A DNA stretch of 62,898 nucleotides, filler included, from Globobulimina sp. (taxonomy: Eukaryota): NCBI GenBank assembly GCA_003354225.1. It is 29 parts of 29 records of this genome, joined end to end, with 100 filler letters (N's around TTAATTAATTAA, not from the genome) between each part and the next. Parts side by side here need not be neighbours in the genome. Positions count along the whole stretch, not along the records: positions 47,800 to 49,871 come from PIVH01009243.1; positions 49,972 to 52,043 come from PIVH01009244.1; positions 52,144 to 54,214 come from PIVH01009245.1; positions 54,315 to 56,385 come from PIVH01009246.1; positions 56,486 to 58,556 come from PIVH01009247.1; positions 58,657 to 60,727 come from PIVH01009248.1; 23 more parts are not named here. One strand, given 5' to 3'. The translations under genes and the position numbers were made by a program. Numbering within the stretch: the first letter of the stretch is position 1; every line of letters starts with the position of its first letter. The notes beneath the pieces are model-generated. The model was given only the letters and a program-made list of their open reading frames with translations. It was not told where the DNA came from and did not search any database. Shown in pieces: positions 47,800-60,827 of the stretch.

Positions 47800-48781
47800 T
47801 GAAGATCCTGTGGAATACGAAATAATGGATTACAAAGTATCATTGCGTAGAACAGAAGCATTATTAGTAGAAGTTATTTCGGCAGATAAATCGGAATTAG
47901 TTGAAGTGGTAGATATGGAATATATGTATGATAGCACTGGTGTTGCTGTGAGGACATTATGTGTCGATACAATGCATAATTATTTTGTAGGTGATGGTAT
48001 TAATTATGTATTGGTTCATAACAAAGGCTTTCAAATACATATTCAACCAGCGCGGGGTGGCAAATTTACCATGAATTTGGAACATAATTTTGTAAATATT
48101 GCAACGTTAAAATATATGATTCAACAAACAAAAAATATTCATGTTCAACATCAAACGTTAATGTTTTCAGGGATTACTTTGAAAGATGATAAGACTTTGT
48201 ATGAGTATAATATTCATGGCAGTGTAACATTGCAGTTATTGGTAAAATCAGAAGATAGTGAAATGGGGTTAGCCGCCGGTGGCAAAATGAAACAAAAAAT
48301 ATATTCCGATTCGCAAGGAAATCTGAATCGATATAATATTAAAAAAGTAACGCGCGTATTTGTAAACATTGCAAATGGTGATATGTGGCATAAAATTACT
48401 AATAAAGAATTACCAGATTCGCCATTAAATCCACAGATATATAAACAATTTGGATATCCGTGGTTTAAATTATATGATGATAATTTGAATGATATTGATG
48501 CCTCCGATATGTTATCAAATGTGAAATCAATTATGGAGATTGAGAATGATCCAAATAAAGCTTGGAATTGTCCACTTTGTACGTTTGAAAATGTGGCAAA
48601 GAATGTAAAATGTTGTATGTGTTTACAAGGATTAAAACCATATAAAAATAAAAATAAAGATAACGATAATTCAATGCAGATTGATCAAGATAAAGATGTA
48701 AAAAAAATTGTACATCCTGAAAATGACAAAAACAAAAATAAAAAAAAAGACAGCGATGATGTTGAAGATGGAGATTGGTAA
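47800..48781 (+). CDS. Hint (BIL/intein-like) C-terminus - ubiquitin-like domain - conserved domain - RanBP2 zinc finger, 5' partial
   Basis: V.TL.VD..HNYFV.......VLVHN (Hint blocks F/G); Q.LMFSG..L.D.KTL.EYNI (Ubl); MGLAAGGKMKQKIY...YPWF; WNCPLCTFEN......C.MC. Confidence 0.88.
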
Positions 48782-49086
48782 ACAAAAAAACATTATAAAT
48801 TTATATAATTAGTATTCGTCATAAAAATTATTATTTTATATATCTTTGCGTTGATAGTATTACTTCACGCTTTAGATTAAAAATACATTGTACATGTTTA
48901 TGGTCTCTTTTTTTTTTGAGGTCCGGTCATCGTTTTTTGCTACACAAGCGCGTCGGTTTATGAACATTTTCGTGAAATGTAAATCATGCAGTTATTGTTC
49001 TTTTCAACAAATAAACTGGAATTATTAATGTAAATGAGCATAAATAATATTAAAAGTACAAATATGAAGATAAAGTATGCATGTTG

Positions 49087-49746
49087 TTAACGTACATTGT
49101 ACATGTCTTCAGCAAAAGGATTGCAATCAACTTCAAGAGTTATTTTGGTGTCAACTAAATCTACTGAAGGCTGCCGCCGTTTACTTTTAAGATGCGGCAA
49201 TTCTTTGATGGATAATCTTTCTGTGTCCATAGCTATCTCTTCGTGATCACCAAATAGAACATGATCTTTGCTGTCAATTGTATTCGAATCCTGATCAACT
49301 CCGCAACACATTGCAGTAAAATTGGCAATACCTAATACGATCCATAACAATGCAATACATACAGTCCATATTTCTCCACCGAGTGATATGGTGCCCAGGA
49401 AAACATACCATACACCTCTACCAATGCGATATTTTAAGAATGACATATATTTCAACAGTATCGGTAATTTATTTAATTCCGATATGACTACAACTGCTGC
49501 AAATATTATATCATAAACTGACAATATTTTTTCGCGAAGATGAAAGGCGCCGAATATTAAACTTAGCACTCCTTCAACACACATTGCTACGGCCAGCATT
49601 ATTGCACCCACTTTTAATACATTTTCTTTATTTTTTTTCAAACACGGCTGTTTCGATCTGTAAAAAGCAGGTTCAGGTTCGCTATAAACGCTTACGTTCG
49701 GTACCCCCAAAGTTTCAGGTTGTTCTGATGAATCTGATCCAATCAT
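49087..49746 (-). CDS. COPI-associated/TVP15-like Golgi membrane protein
   Basis: Y...FA.+++..E, Y+.FL....GRG.+Y+F+G; four TMs. Confidence 0.8.
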   Translation of the reverse strand: MIGSDSSEQPETLGVPNVSVYSEPEPAFYRSKQPCLKKNKENVLKVGAIMLAVAMCVEGVLSLIFGAFHLREKILSVYDIIFAAVVVISELNKLPILLKYMSFLKYRIGRGVWYVFLGTISLGGEIWTVCIALLWIVLGIANFTAMCCGVDQDSNTIDSKDHVLFGDHEEIAMDTERLSIKELPHLKSKRRQPSVDLVDTKITLEVDCNPFAEDMYNVR

Positions 49747-50342
49747 TTTAATGCGAATACAAAACTATTTAGCAGGTACAGTAATCTCTAAATATATTGA
49801 TTATGAACTTCAATGTGTATAATTCTCTTCAAATATACATTCATATTCATAATCTAATGCAGCTGCTGTTANNNNNNNNNNNNNNNNNNNNNNNNNNNNN
49901 NNNNNNNNNNNNNNNTTAATTAATTAANNNNNNNNNNNNNNNNNNNNNNNNNNNNNNNNNNNNNNNNNNNNTATAGCTGTATATGATAATTTATTATGCA
50001 CCTCCAATGATCAAGATAACTAAATATGTTCAAAATGCCACAAAAACTAGTTCATAAATGGCAAGAATTTTCAATCATACAAGGTTGTATGTACAAATGA
50101 TGTACAAATGTTAACAATATATTTGTCCATATTATATTTACAAATTAATGTACAAAGACGGAGCCTCTACTTTAAGGTTTGCCGAACGGGTTTCACGTTT
50201 TTACCCAATGATAAAATATCATTTCTTCATAAAAAAACATACACAGCTTCAAAACAAAAAAAAACTATACAAAAAGGATGAATAAAAAGGAAATATTAGA
50301 GAAGAAACAAAAAAAGAATAAATTTTGATTTAATACAATTAA

Positions 50343-51560
50343 TTACTTATTTTTTGGTTCACAACATAGCCGACATGGCAAACATAACATTTTATACCAA
50401 TTATTCATAAAAGCAAACGTTAATATTAAACACATACTATTGACCAAAAAATCAAAGCCAATAAATGACAAAATCCCAGTGCCCGCATACATTCCCGTAA
50501 ATAACCACGTTGATAATACCGCCACAATAATTAAAATACATGATTTTGCCATTAAATATTTTAAATCTCTGACATTTTCTGCAGAATCTTTTTGTTTAGC
50601 TGCATCACTGAACGACTCTGAAATTTTAATAATAGAACGTAACTTCGACACAAACATTATCATCAAAGTGAATGCCCAAAAACAATCGTTCAACAAACTA
50701 ACAAATATCTGCAAGATTTCCATATCATCATTGCCTTCCGTCGCCTGATAGATATCACTGAAAATGACAACTAATGCGGTTATGGTAAAGGTGACATTTA
50801 ATAAAATTTTAAAACGTTTGTGTCTATTTTGGCCCATTGAAAACATTGTATTCGCAAATGTTATTTCGATTCTTTCTAAAAAATACAAATATAAAAACCA
50901 GCGTTGAAAAATACCCGCTAACGTATCGACGACATCTATCACAGCTTGAAGTTCTGAACATTAATTTCAATGTATTTTGATTATATACGTAGAAACAAGA
51001 AAGTTTACAAATTACACACCAGAACTTATGTGGCTTAAAGCAGCATTGACGGAATGCAATACCATATAAAGAGAAGCCGCGATCAATGCCGCCGTTGTTA
51101 AGCGTTTTGCGGTTGAATGCATTTTCGAGATCATAGGCATTTTTCGCACTCTACGCTTGACTCTTCGATGTGCGGTTTCTTTTTCTAATTCAGCTTCGAT
51201 TTTCGTATCATCCTCTTGCCCAATAACAATTTCTTTCGACTGATTTGACGGTCGCGGCGCCGCGTCGCTTTCAGTTTCGGTCAACGGTTCTCTTTTGGCG
51301 GGATTTACAATTTCAATGTTTGTATCTTGGACTGGTTTGTCAGCGGAAACATTGGGTGACGGGGTGGCATTTCTTGTGGTTGACGAAATATTTTTACTTG
51401 ATTTTGAATCGTCGTCACTGAGTAAGTTGCTTTTGTTTGGTGCAATTCGATAACCAAATATTAAAACTATCCATGTTATCGCCATGCCAACTTGCAGTGC
51501 TCCAATTAATGCAAAAGCAATAAAATCTCCTAAAGTATTATAAATACCAATTGCTACCAT
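50343..51560 (-). CDS. 7TM-like membrane protein; one intron ~50954-51018
   Basis: Two ORFs joined in phase; about 7 hydrophobic helices; ends D...N..C+.L.F......Y..LC..C. Confidence 0.65.
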
Positions 51561-52143
51561 AATGGACCTTTAATGAGCCTTAATTTTCGATCTGCACAGA
51601 ATGGTTGATACGAGTTTACAGTTTTTTAATTTAAAGTAAAATCAGTACAAACATGACTACTAAATTTAACAGATTAGGTCACTTACTTCAGTAAGACAAT
51701 AGCTCAGTACATGTCACGGATCAACTTTCAACTCTGATCCAACACCATAATTAGTCATCAGTCATTCCTATCTACCACCATACGAATTAGTATTAGACGT
51801 GGCAGCGCTTATCACAGTTTTCGCAATCTCCCAATTAGATTCTCATCGGAGTGGATGGACGTTTTTGTTATTCAGAAATTATTTGAAAAATCAACATTTT
51901 GGAACATCACTCATTTGGCTGGGTTTAGACCTATTGGGTATTGTCAAGGGTCTCTGGGATGACATTTATCTGTCGAGAAAAGTAGGTGTCACCGGGTTAA
52001 ATTTTGAGAAACAAAGCCATTTATATTCGGTTATGCAGCAAATNNNNNNNNNNNNNNNNNNNNNNNNNNNNNNNNNNNNNNNNNNNNTTAATTAATTAAN
52101 NNNNNNNNNNNNNNNNNNNNNNNNNNNNNNNNNNNNNNNNNNN

Positions 52144-52442
52144 TGAAAAAAATAAATATATCACAAGGAATTACTGCAGAATATATATGCAAATTACTTA
52201 ATAAATGGTTGGTGTTTTGTGATGGCCAGGAATACAAATCAAAATACGACCAAATGAGAAATAATTGTCAACATTTTGTGAGAGATTTTGTGTGTTTTTT
52301 GAATAAAAAGTTTGGTGAAGAATTAACGAAGGAATTTCATCATCGGAGAGTTGAGAAAATTATGACTCCATTTGGTGCCTCATCGGATGATTACGACCAA
52401 TATCCACGAATGGATAAAGTAAGAAAGTTTTTATCGAAGTAG
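52144..52442 (+). CDS. PPPDE/permuted papain-like peptidase fragment
   Basis: Y.....NNCQHF motif. Confidence 0.5.
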
Positions 52443-53218
52443 TCTCGTCACAGTTTATTTATTTGTGTTGTGTGAATTGTATACTATTATCATTTTGGTA
52501 TCGGATTTATTTTTTTATGTTTTTGTTATTTAAGAATCGTTTTGTGTTTAGTGTTTAGGATTCATTATTTGTTTGGCGTGTGATTTCTGTATGATATTTT
52601 GTTTTAAGTGTTTGTTAGTTTTTTCTCCTTTTTCTCCTTCTTCTCTCGAGCTCCTCTCTCGCGGCGGCTTCACTCTTTATACTCGTCTATGTTCTGCTTC
52701 GCTGATCGTGTCCATTGACTGATATTTGATGCTACTAATTACGTTTTGCATTGTCGTGACGAAAGGGTGCTATCAAGTTTACCACAATGTACGTGGATGT
52801 GCCAGATAGTTCCTAACGCTCTCAACTCAGGACAGTGTTTTCTTTAGCACACGCAGTGCAAGGGCGTACCCAGAGAACCGACTACGAACCACAAATCGTA
52901 GAAGTAGAGTGTGTAGGTTTGGACTTTTGGTAGGACAGAACGTACGTATTAGCCAGACTTTCCCCCGAGTTACCCATAAACATAAATTTGATGTACAGCA
53001 AAGTTGTACATTTAGGGCTCAGTGCATGTCCACACAGATTCTCTCTCTCGAGGGGTGCATGTGTGCGAGCGAGAGAACCTGCCACGGCACTGTTACATCC
53101 ACACAATTCCCCCAGAACAAAGTTTCTAGAAATTTCTGTCAAGACAACGGATCAAAACAATTAATTATTATAATTCAATTAGTACAGGTGTCAAATTATC
53201 ATACAAATTTTGACATTA

Positions 53219-54151
53219 TTAATAACGTCCTCTGCCGCGCCCTCTTCCTCGGCCTCTCGAACCATAACCACCACCACCACCACCTTGTGGACATTCGCGG
53301 GAATAATGTCCTTCTTCTCCGCATTTAAAACATGCTCCACCGCCTTTATTATAACCACCGCCACCGCCACCGCCACGGCCACGGCCACCGCCACCGCCAC
53401 TTGGACACTCTCTCGAAAAATGGCCCTCTTCACCACAATTGTAACAAGCTCCACCTCCACCTCCGCGTCCACCGCCGCCGCCTTGTGGGCACTCTCTCGA
53501 AAAATGGCCTTCTTCGCCACATTTGTAACAGGCTCCGCCGCCACCTCCTCCACCACCTCTCTTGTTGTACCCACCGCCGCCGCCATATCCACCGCCACCG
53601 CCTCCATAGCCGCCGCTTTCCTCATCGCGGGGTGCGCCAATGCAAAACGCGCCATTTGGGCCAGTCACGTTAACGGCTCTTATTTTGCCGTCTTCCTGCG
53701 TCTCAACGTCAAACTCGACCTCTTCGCCGGCTGCCAATGACCGAAATCCCTCGCAATACAAATCAGATTGATGCACGAAAACATCGCCGGAACCGTCGTG
53801 TTTCTCAATGAATCCAAAGCCTTTGTCGTTTTTAAAAAATTTGACAGAGCCTTTGATTTTTGAATTTGATTCATCATCGTTTTGGTCCTCATTCACATCG
53901 TCATCATTTTCATTCTCATCATTTGTGTTGTTGTTAGTCACATTTTTGATGTCATCATCTTCGTTTTCGTCTTGTTCCTCTTCCTCGTTATCGGGCGAAG
54001 ACTCGTTCTCTTCTTCGTCGTCTGCGACTGCGACTTCTTCTTTTTCTGTTGGTTCCTCTTCGGGGCTCTCTTCCTTCTTTTTTTTTGATTTTTTTTTCTT
54101 TTTCTTTTTGCTCTTTTTTTGCTTTATTTCATCATCATGGCTCAATTTCAC
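53219..54151 (-). CDS. Cold-shock domain protein with three CCHC knuckles and Gly-rich linkers (Lin28/GRP2-like), 5' partial
   Basis: KGFGFI and DVFVHQS (RNP1/RNP2); three C..CGEEGH.SREC repeats; RG tail. No in-frame ATG, so an upstream exon is probable. Confidence 0.93.
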   Translation of the reverse strand: MKLSHDDEIKQKKSKKKKKKKSKKKKEESPEEEPTEKEEVAVADDEEENESSPDNEEEEQDENEDDDIKNVTNNNTNDENENDDDVNEDQNDDESNSKIKGSVKFFKNDKGFGFIEKHDGSGDVFVHQSDLYCEGFRSLAAGEEVEFDVETQEDGKIRAVNVTGPNGAFCIGAPRDEESGGYGGGGGGYGGGGGYNKRGGGGGGGGACYKCGEEGHFSRECPQGGGGGRGGGGGACYNCGEEGHFSRECPSGGGGGRGRGGGGGGGYNKGGGACFKCGEEGHYSRECPQGGGGGGYGSRGRGRGRGRGRY

Positions 54152-54314
54152 TTAGTATTAGGTTGTCAGCAAAGCAATGTTGTGAGATTTGTCCAAAAAA
54201 ATAACAGACACGAANNNNNNNNNNNNNNNNNNNNNNNNNNNNNNNNNNNNNNNNNNNNTTAATTAATTAANNNNNNNNNNNNNNNNNNNNNNNNNNNNNN
54301 NNNNNNNNNNNNNN

Positions 54315-55845
54315 GGTTGCATATTTGTGAATAAAATTTAAAAATTTCAGAAAAATATCTCATCGGTAAACGAGAGTTAGCTGGAGAATCACACACCGAT
54401 TCATTTTTCTGTTGTATGGCTATCTTTATCCTTTGCCAAGAGAGGTTTGGTGGGATATTGAAATATATTAAAAGATACAAAATGAAAGCTAAAGAACTGC
54501 GTCGTCGGGTTAGAGATGAAATACCAAATTTATTCAAAATGGATGAAACTCTCGATTTTGAACAACTATCAAAACTGAACCTGATATTTGAAAAAAACAT
54601 TTGCATATGGGATCCTGTGATTCGAGAAATAGTTCACCAAGGAGAAGTTACCGATGATCAACTTTTTGATTGGTCAATTATTAACCTGGAACTCTCTCCC
54701 ACCACCAACACTTTTTCCCTCATTAAATCCACCCCAGACTACCGGGGTGATGTTTTTTGTGAGCATTGTACACAGAAGTTCAAATGTATAGAAAACAAAA
54801 TTCAACATTCAAAAGCCAACCGTTGTCCATTTAAGAAATGGAGAGTAAAAAATCCCGACGCAAATCGAGAGGAGTATTTTCAAATTGGAACGAAAGCTGG
54901 TGAATTGCGTTTCCGTCAAGGAATTTACAAACCAAAACAGACGATACCAGAATTATTGTTTGAGCTCGGTGCCATCACGGCGGATGAATATTCCTCCTTG
55001 TCCAAAAAACTATTGAATCCTTTTCTAGCTGTATTTGACATTGAAAGTTTGTTGTCAAGAATGGATTATGACCCAAACTTAAACAAAAAGACCTCAATCG
55101 ACTATCAGGAAAAGCACACGTGTGTTTCGGTGTCTGTCTGTTCCAATGTACCACGCTTCCAAAGAGTGCAAACTTTTATAGCAAAAGAACAACAATCCGA
55201 CATTTCAAAGGCGTTTCTAAATTACCTCTATCGGATTAGTGAAGAAGTAGCTTCAATAAACAATGAGAAACACCAAAAACTAATCAAAACTCTCGGAGAT
55301 TTGATAACAGCGGCAACAAACAACCAACAAAAATGGAAAGCGAGTCAATTGAATAACATTAGGAAGAGATTGGAAAAAGAACTGCAACGATTGGTGGTGT
55401 TGGGTTGGAATTCTAGCCGTTATGACCTCATTGTCCTAATAAGAAGCTCCGGTATGGCCTATTGGATTGAACAGATTGAAGGTGTTGCACCCACGGTATT
55501 GAGAAAAGGTCCCAAAGAATATTTAATGCTCTCGAGTCAAATATTGCAGTTTCTGGACCTGCTTAATTTTCTCGGTGCAAAAACAAGCTTAAAAAACTAT
55601 TTGAGACAAATGAAAATACCCGACTGTCTGGGAAAAATGCTATTTCCATATTCTGTGCTGTCGAACCACGAAGCACTTTTTCAGACCCAATTTCCATCCT
55701 ATGAAAGTTTCTATTCTAATCTAACCCAATCCAATGTACTAGAAGATGATTGGTTGGCGTTTAGCGAACAACTTAGCAGGGGTATGACAGAGAAAGAAGC
55801 TTTGGATATATTACAACTTCAAGAAAAACCCAAAACCGGAAGAGA
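54315..55845 (+). CDS. Protein-primed DNA polymerase B (Polinton/adintovirus type), exonuclease half, truncated
   Basis: ExoI VFDIES, ExoII LGWNSSRYD, LQFLD..NF....SL, K..FPY; upstream C..C zinc-finger-like segment. Confidence 0.88.
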
Positions 55846-56150
55846 AATGGCGCTATATTGAAGAACTGGAAAATAAAGAAGTCCAGGTTGAATCAAAGCA
55901 AGCCCAGAAACCGAGCCGCCCGTACCTGATGCAGTGCGGGGCATACCGCAGCAAAGATCAGGCGGAACAACGCAAGGCGATGATTGCTTTTCAGGGACTT
56001 GAGAGCCAGGTGAAAACCAGCCAAGGTGAAAAAGGCAACTGGTATCGCGTCATTCTTGGCCCGTATCCCCAGAAGCGTAAAGCCGAAAGTGATCGCAACA
56101 TGTTACGCCGTGCGGGAATTGAACCATGCGCGATCTGGTTTTGGGAGTGA
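55830..56150 (+). CDS. ftsN: Cell division protein FtsN, C-terminal part with SPOR domain (Gammaproteobacteria)
   Basis: PKPEEKWRYIEELEN...YLMQCGAYR...WYRVILGPY; lies directly upstream of hslV. Confidence 0.88.
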   Translation, partial: PKPEEKWRYIEELENKEVQVESKQAQKPSRPYLMQCGAYRSKDQAEQRKAMIAFQGLESQVKTSQGEKGNWYRVILGPYPQKRKAESDRNMLRRAGIEPCAIWFWE

Positions 56151-56203
56151 CCGCAGACCAGGCATAAGCTGGCCACACAGCCAAGCGGAACTCGATGTCT
56201 TAT

Positions 56204-56233
56204 ACAAAAAGGATGCTCAGGCATCCTTTTTGT
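56204..56233 (+). terminator. Intrinsic terminator after ftsN
   Basis: ACAAAAAGGATGC-TCAG-GCATCCTTTTTGT. Confidence 0.85.
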
Positions 56234-56275
56234 TATCTGTGGTCTCAAATTGAAAACGTCGTTTATGACTTTTGG

Positions 56276-56304
56276 CTTGAAAACTTATTATTTCATCCCC
56301 AACT
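56276..56304 (+). promoter_or_regulatory. Sigma-32 heat-shock promoter of hslV
   Basis: CTTGAAA-N14-CCCCAACT. Confidence 0.75.
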
Positions 56305-56359
56305 ATAGTAATAACATCGATACCGGCACTGCGCCGGAGAGAACCAAAGAGGTTAGACC

Positions 56360-56385
56360 GTGACAACAATCGTATCTGTACGTCG
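56360..56385 (+). CDS. hslV: ATP-dependent protease subunit HslV, first codons
   Basis: RBS AGAGG, then GTG-TTIVSVR; ftsN-hslV synteny. Confidence 0.85.
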
Positions 56386-56485
56386 NNNNNNNNNNNNNNN
56401 NNNNNNNNNNNNNNNNNNNNNNNNNNNNNTTAATTAATTAANNNNNNNNNNNNNNNNNNNNNNNNNNNNNNNNNNNNNNNNNNNN

Positions 56486-58556
56486 CTTTCAATAATACGG
56501 CACAGATATTGGTTCTGTATTGTCTTCATTAAAGAATCTATTATATAAAATATTTGTTTTGTGAAAATAATTCGTTTTGTTTATTACATTGTCAATTAAT
56601 GCATTGATTATATCATCAACAATTTCCTTGGATGGTGCCTGTGTTTGCGTTTGTTTGTCATTGTATAAATGGGATAACTCAGTTTGTGTTTGTTTGTCAT
56701 TTGGTGATAGTTTATTTTTGTTTTTTTTATATTTTTTATGTTGTTTTTTATATTTTTGCAATAATTCAGGTGTCACTCCAAGTTTCCTTTCTTTTCTTTG
56801 TTTAATTCTCTTTTTTTTATTAATCTCTTCCTGTTGTTTTTTTAATAATAACTCTTTTTCTTTTTCTTTTTTTAATTTAATTTTATATTCATTGATTTTA
56901 CGATAATATTCGTCAAAATCTGCTTCATATGCTACTAAATATAAATATAAGCCATCGGTAACCATTGGCAAATCCTTTGCTTTCCATTGTTTCGGAATAG
57001 ATTTATTACAATCAATGCCTAAATATATTTTGTATTGCATCTCCAATGTATTACAATCAATGACTTCCACAATGCCAAATTTCATTTGTATGGATCTCGC
57101 ATATATTTTACCATCAATCCATACGATTTGTACATGTTCACCGTTTCTATAATTTTTACAGGCGTAAAACTCCCATTTTCGTGTGTTTTGATCGCCTGTT
57201 CCTATCTTAATTAAACCGCGCGAACAATGAACATATAAAAATCGGCCATCGGTTGTAAATCCTTTGCCGTGCGAGATACGCGTATTGCGGCCACCACTCA
57301 CCAGGCCATAGCCGCCATAGCCGCCCATACCACCCAATCCCATGCCATATCTATGAGCAATATCTTGTTGGGACTTCTTTTTCTTCTTTTTATTATTGCT
57401 TTTGGTTTTATTTTTCATTTTATTTAATTGTTTTTCAGCCTCAGTGGCTTTTCGCGCAGATTCAGTGATTTGCACAGCCATTGTACGGGAACCACAACGT
57501 GGTACTGTCACGTCGTAATCATTGAGTCGAACATTTAATTCATTCAACATCTCTCTGACTTTACAATGCATCCAACCAAACATTTGTAATTCTTGCTCTT
57601 TTTGTTCTGGTTTGTTTTCTGTTTCTTCTGTTTTTGCTTGTTTTTCTTTGTCAGAGCCAGAGGGCAATAACAGTATTTGTAGATGTTTGGGTGCATTATC
57701 TAATTGCAACTGATATTTATGTAATAAATTTATAATTTGTAACATAAACACAGCGGAGCCATTTCTTATCACAAATGCTAATAATCCAGATATCATTTTA
57801 CCTTTTATTTGTAAATCATTTTCATTATTAATTCGTTGTAATGCATCGGTAAAAAATTTATCCAAAATGTGCCTCCTTTCTTCATATAATGACAAATCTC
57901 GCAAGGACATCATCTCTAAAATGAATTGATTCAATCCTTTGGGCCATAATAATGGATTGGTACCTATGTGAATAATGTGAATAATGTGATTGCAGTGTGC
58001 GCAAAAACGCATATCAAAAAACAGAAAAACAAAAATAAAGTGGTACCACACCAGGTATTTGATGCCATATTTTCATCGGTACTTTGACAGTGGAAAAATC
58101 TGGTTTTGAATGCTTTTTATATTTATTATGTGTGATTTGATAATATGGATCATAATGTGGCGTATTTGTATGTTTGGTAAAGTGTTGAAATAGCGACTTT
58201 AAAACATTATATCTTTTATCAAATATGCATCCAAATGAAGAGTTTCGTAAAGAGAATGAGTTTAATTGACTGCGCCATTTATCGATCATTTGTTTGTGTG
58301 CAAATGAGTCGTTACTAAAATCTAAGATTGATGCATGTTGCTCTGCATTTAATGATATTGTCTTGGTTGCATGTTTGGATTTTTCTGATTCATTGCTATC
58401 ATCAGCTGACTGTTGCTTTGATTCTGATTCTGATTCCTTATTATTATTATTATTATTATTTTCTTTGCTGTCTTCTTTATTATTATTGTCTTGCTGAGTT
58501 TGAGTGTCAATGGCAAGATCATCATTGTTATAATCAGAATCATCTGAATCGTCTGT
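56486..58556 (-). CDS. Large eukaryotic protein fragment, MYCBP2/HECTD4-like N-terminal region, multi-exon
   Basis: TDG.FLYVH...GL.KIGTG...T and +.+..GK+Y.R motifs. Confidence 0.5.
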
Positions 58557-58948
58557 NNNNNNNNNNNNNNNNNNNNNNNNNNNNNNNNNNNNNNNNNNNN
58601 TTAATTAATTAANNNNNNNNNNNNNNNNNNNNNNNNNNNNNNNNNNNNNNNNNNNNTCTCGCTATTACAGACAGTCCGAGTGAAGGTTCAGGACTTCTTT
58701 TCAGGTCATCAGATGGTACGAGTGTCGGATTACGTGACATCAATAGTGACGGTCAGCATGACGAGATGTTAATTATGGGAGATAACCCAACTAGACTAAT
58801 TGAGATGTTTACTTTTACCAATGGCGCATGGCAGGCCATTTCCCCTGAGAAATATTATGATGCAAATAAAATCATTGTGACCCACCACCAGAGAGTAGTT
58901 ACCATGGTCACTATTATAGTTTTTCAGTTAGCATTTAAACTCGTCGTC

Positions 58949-60727
58949 ATGTCAGCCAAACGACACTCAAAAAAGAATAAAAAAAGCAGTGTAATCTCTG
59001 CTAACCAGCAAAACCTTCACGAACATCGTAAATTTATCCCAAATTTAAAATTCAAACAAGTTCCCATTATCGAAATAGAAGTTGATCAAATAACGACAGA
59101 CAATTTCATCGACAAAGTATCAGAATTCACCAAGCTACCAAAGTGTGTTGAAAGTGGAGGATTTATGATTTTACGGCCCAAAAAAAACGAAAAACATCGA
59201 TATCTTATCGATCCATCTAAAATGCCAAAGAATTGGCATTATTCACTACATTCAGATCAACATTATTTTATCAACCAGCAACGAACAAATTCATTTAACA
59301 ATAAACCATGTAATAAAGAATGGGCGTATGACATACCACAATTATCGAAAAAGGTGAACAACAAACCATTATTAGTTGGCTCCTATCCACAAAAAACATG
59401 TGATGTAATACCCCCATTATTCACTCCACAAAGTCCACTGAATCAAACCCAACAGGAAAATTCGCAAAAAAATAATAATTTCGATAACAGCAATAATAAT
59501 GATAGCAAAAACAACACTGATAATCAGCGCAAAAGAAAACGAAATCAAACCCAAACCCCAACGCATCATAACACATTGAATACAAACTCGAAACGAAGGA
59601 AAGTACGACATGGTAATAACCATAACCATAATAATAAAGTTATAAAACTACCAAAAGAATTACGCGTGCCATTCGGTGATAATTTATTCGATTTACGTCA
59701 TCATTTATCACGTAATGATATCCATCAATTTACAACCTCGGCAACCAGATCACATCCGGCACATCGTACAAATCGCAGAAACAGCAACAAACACAATCAC
59801 AACCACAAAAAAACAGAGACACTCTCTTTATTTAATCAAGACAATGATAATGATATCATGGTACTATCCACCAACATAGATTCAATTGAGATGCATCATG
59901 ACAAAGCATTTGATATTGAATTATTTGACACCATATTCAGTAAAAAAACAACAGCACCGCCCATTACCATCACTGACATGGCCATTGATAATAAACACAA
60001 CCACAACCATACTATACTCGCATTGCCATCATTAGATACACCAACACCGCCATTGACTGACAACGACAATGACAATAACAGCGAGAGTGAGACCAACAGC
60101 GATATGCAATTATATCGTGGCTTTGCCTTTGTAGTCAACCAATTTGCCGAAAAAACCACCACAATCTCCAATTTCTGGCGTCCGGACGCCTTCGAAGACA
60201 CATTATTATCCTCTCCCTACGACGGGGCATCCGCAGAACAAATCCCTTTAATATTCGCACACGACCTACTCACAAACAACAAAGAAACCGAACGTTTCTA
60301 CGGCATCATCGGAGGCGATATCACTGTCTACGACGAATCCTCGCCACTCGATTTAGTCAACCTATCCCTCCACGGCCCCTTTGCAGAATTCACCGAAGGC
60401 GGCGCAGACAACGAATACATGGAAGGCGTGCAGTCTCCGTACATATACTTAGGAAATACGTCGACGTGGTTTGCCTGGCACCGCGAGGACATGAACTTGT
60501 ACGCTGTCAACCATTTGTTATGGGGCAAAGCCAAACTGTGGTACTGTATACCGCCTGCATACACGGCGCAGGTTTTGCAATATGTACGCATACAATACAA
60601 GGATTACTGCGGCGATCTGGTCAACGCATGCAATGAGAATGAGGCGTGTTGGACGCCATTGCAGCACAAACAATTTTGGTTCGATCCCTACGTGTTACTA
60701 TCTATGGGAATTCCCGTCTATTTTTTC
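58949..60727 (+). CDS. JmjC histone demethylase (KDM4-like), 3' partial
   Basis: GVQSPYIYLG...WFAWHRED.NLYAVN.L.WG..K.WY.IPP; L.HK; GIPV. Confidence 0.9.
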
Positions 60728-60827
60728 NNNNNNNNNNNNNNNNNNNNNNNNNNNNNNNNNNNNNNNNNNNNTTAATTAATTAANNNNNNNNNNNNNNNNN
60801 NNNNNNNNNNNNNNNNNNNNNNNNNNN

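Noticed and set aside
53191-54155. Ala/Thr-rich and His/Arg-rich ORFs overlapping the cold-shock gene
   Set aside because: They are shadow frames of Gly-codon repeats.
55830-56385. Virus or prophage integrated at bacterial ftsN
   Set aside because: Both pPolB and ftsN are broken mid-gene and no att site or terminal repeat is visible; a chimera is more likely.
58657-58948. DxNxDG (FG-GAP-like) domain fused in frame to the JmjC demethylase
   Set aside because: Composition changes near 58900 and a good ATG at 58949 starts the demethylase; probably a chance in-frame chimera.
2075-60827. Regularly spaced TTAATTAATTAA palindromes as a CRISPR-like or biological repeat
   Set aside because: They are embedded in N runs of fixed length and are synthetic six-frame-stop linkers.
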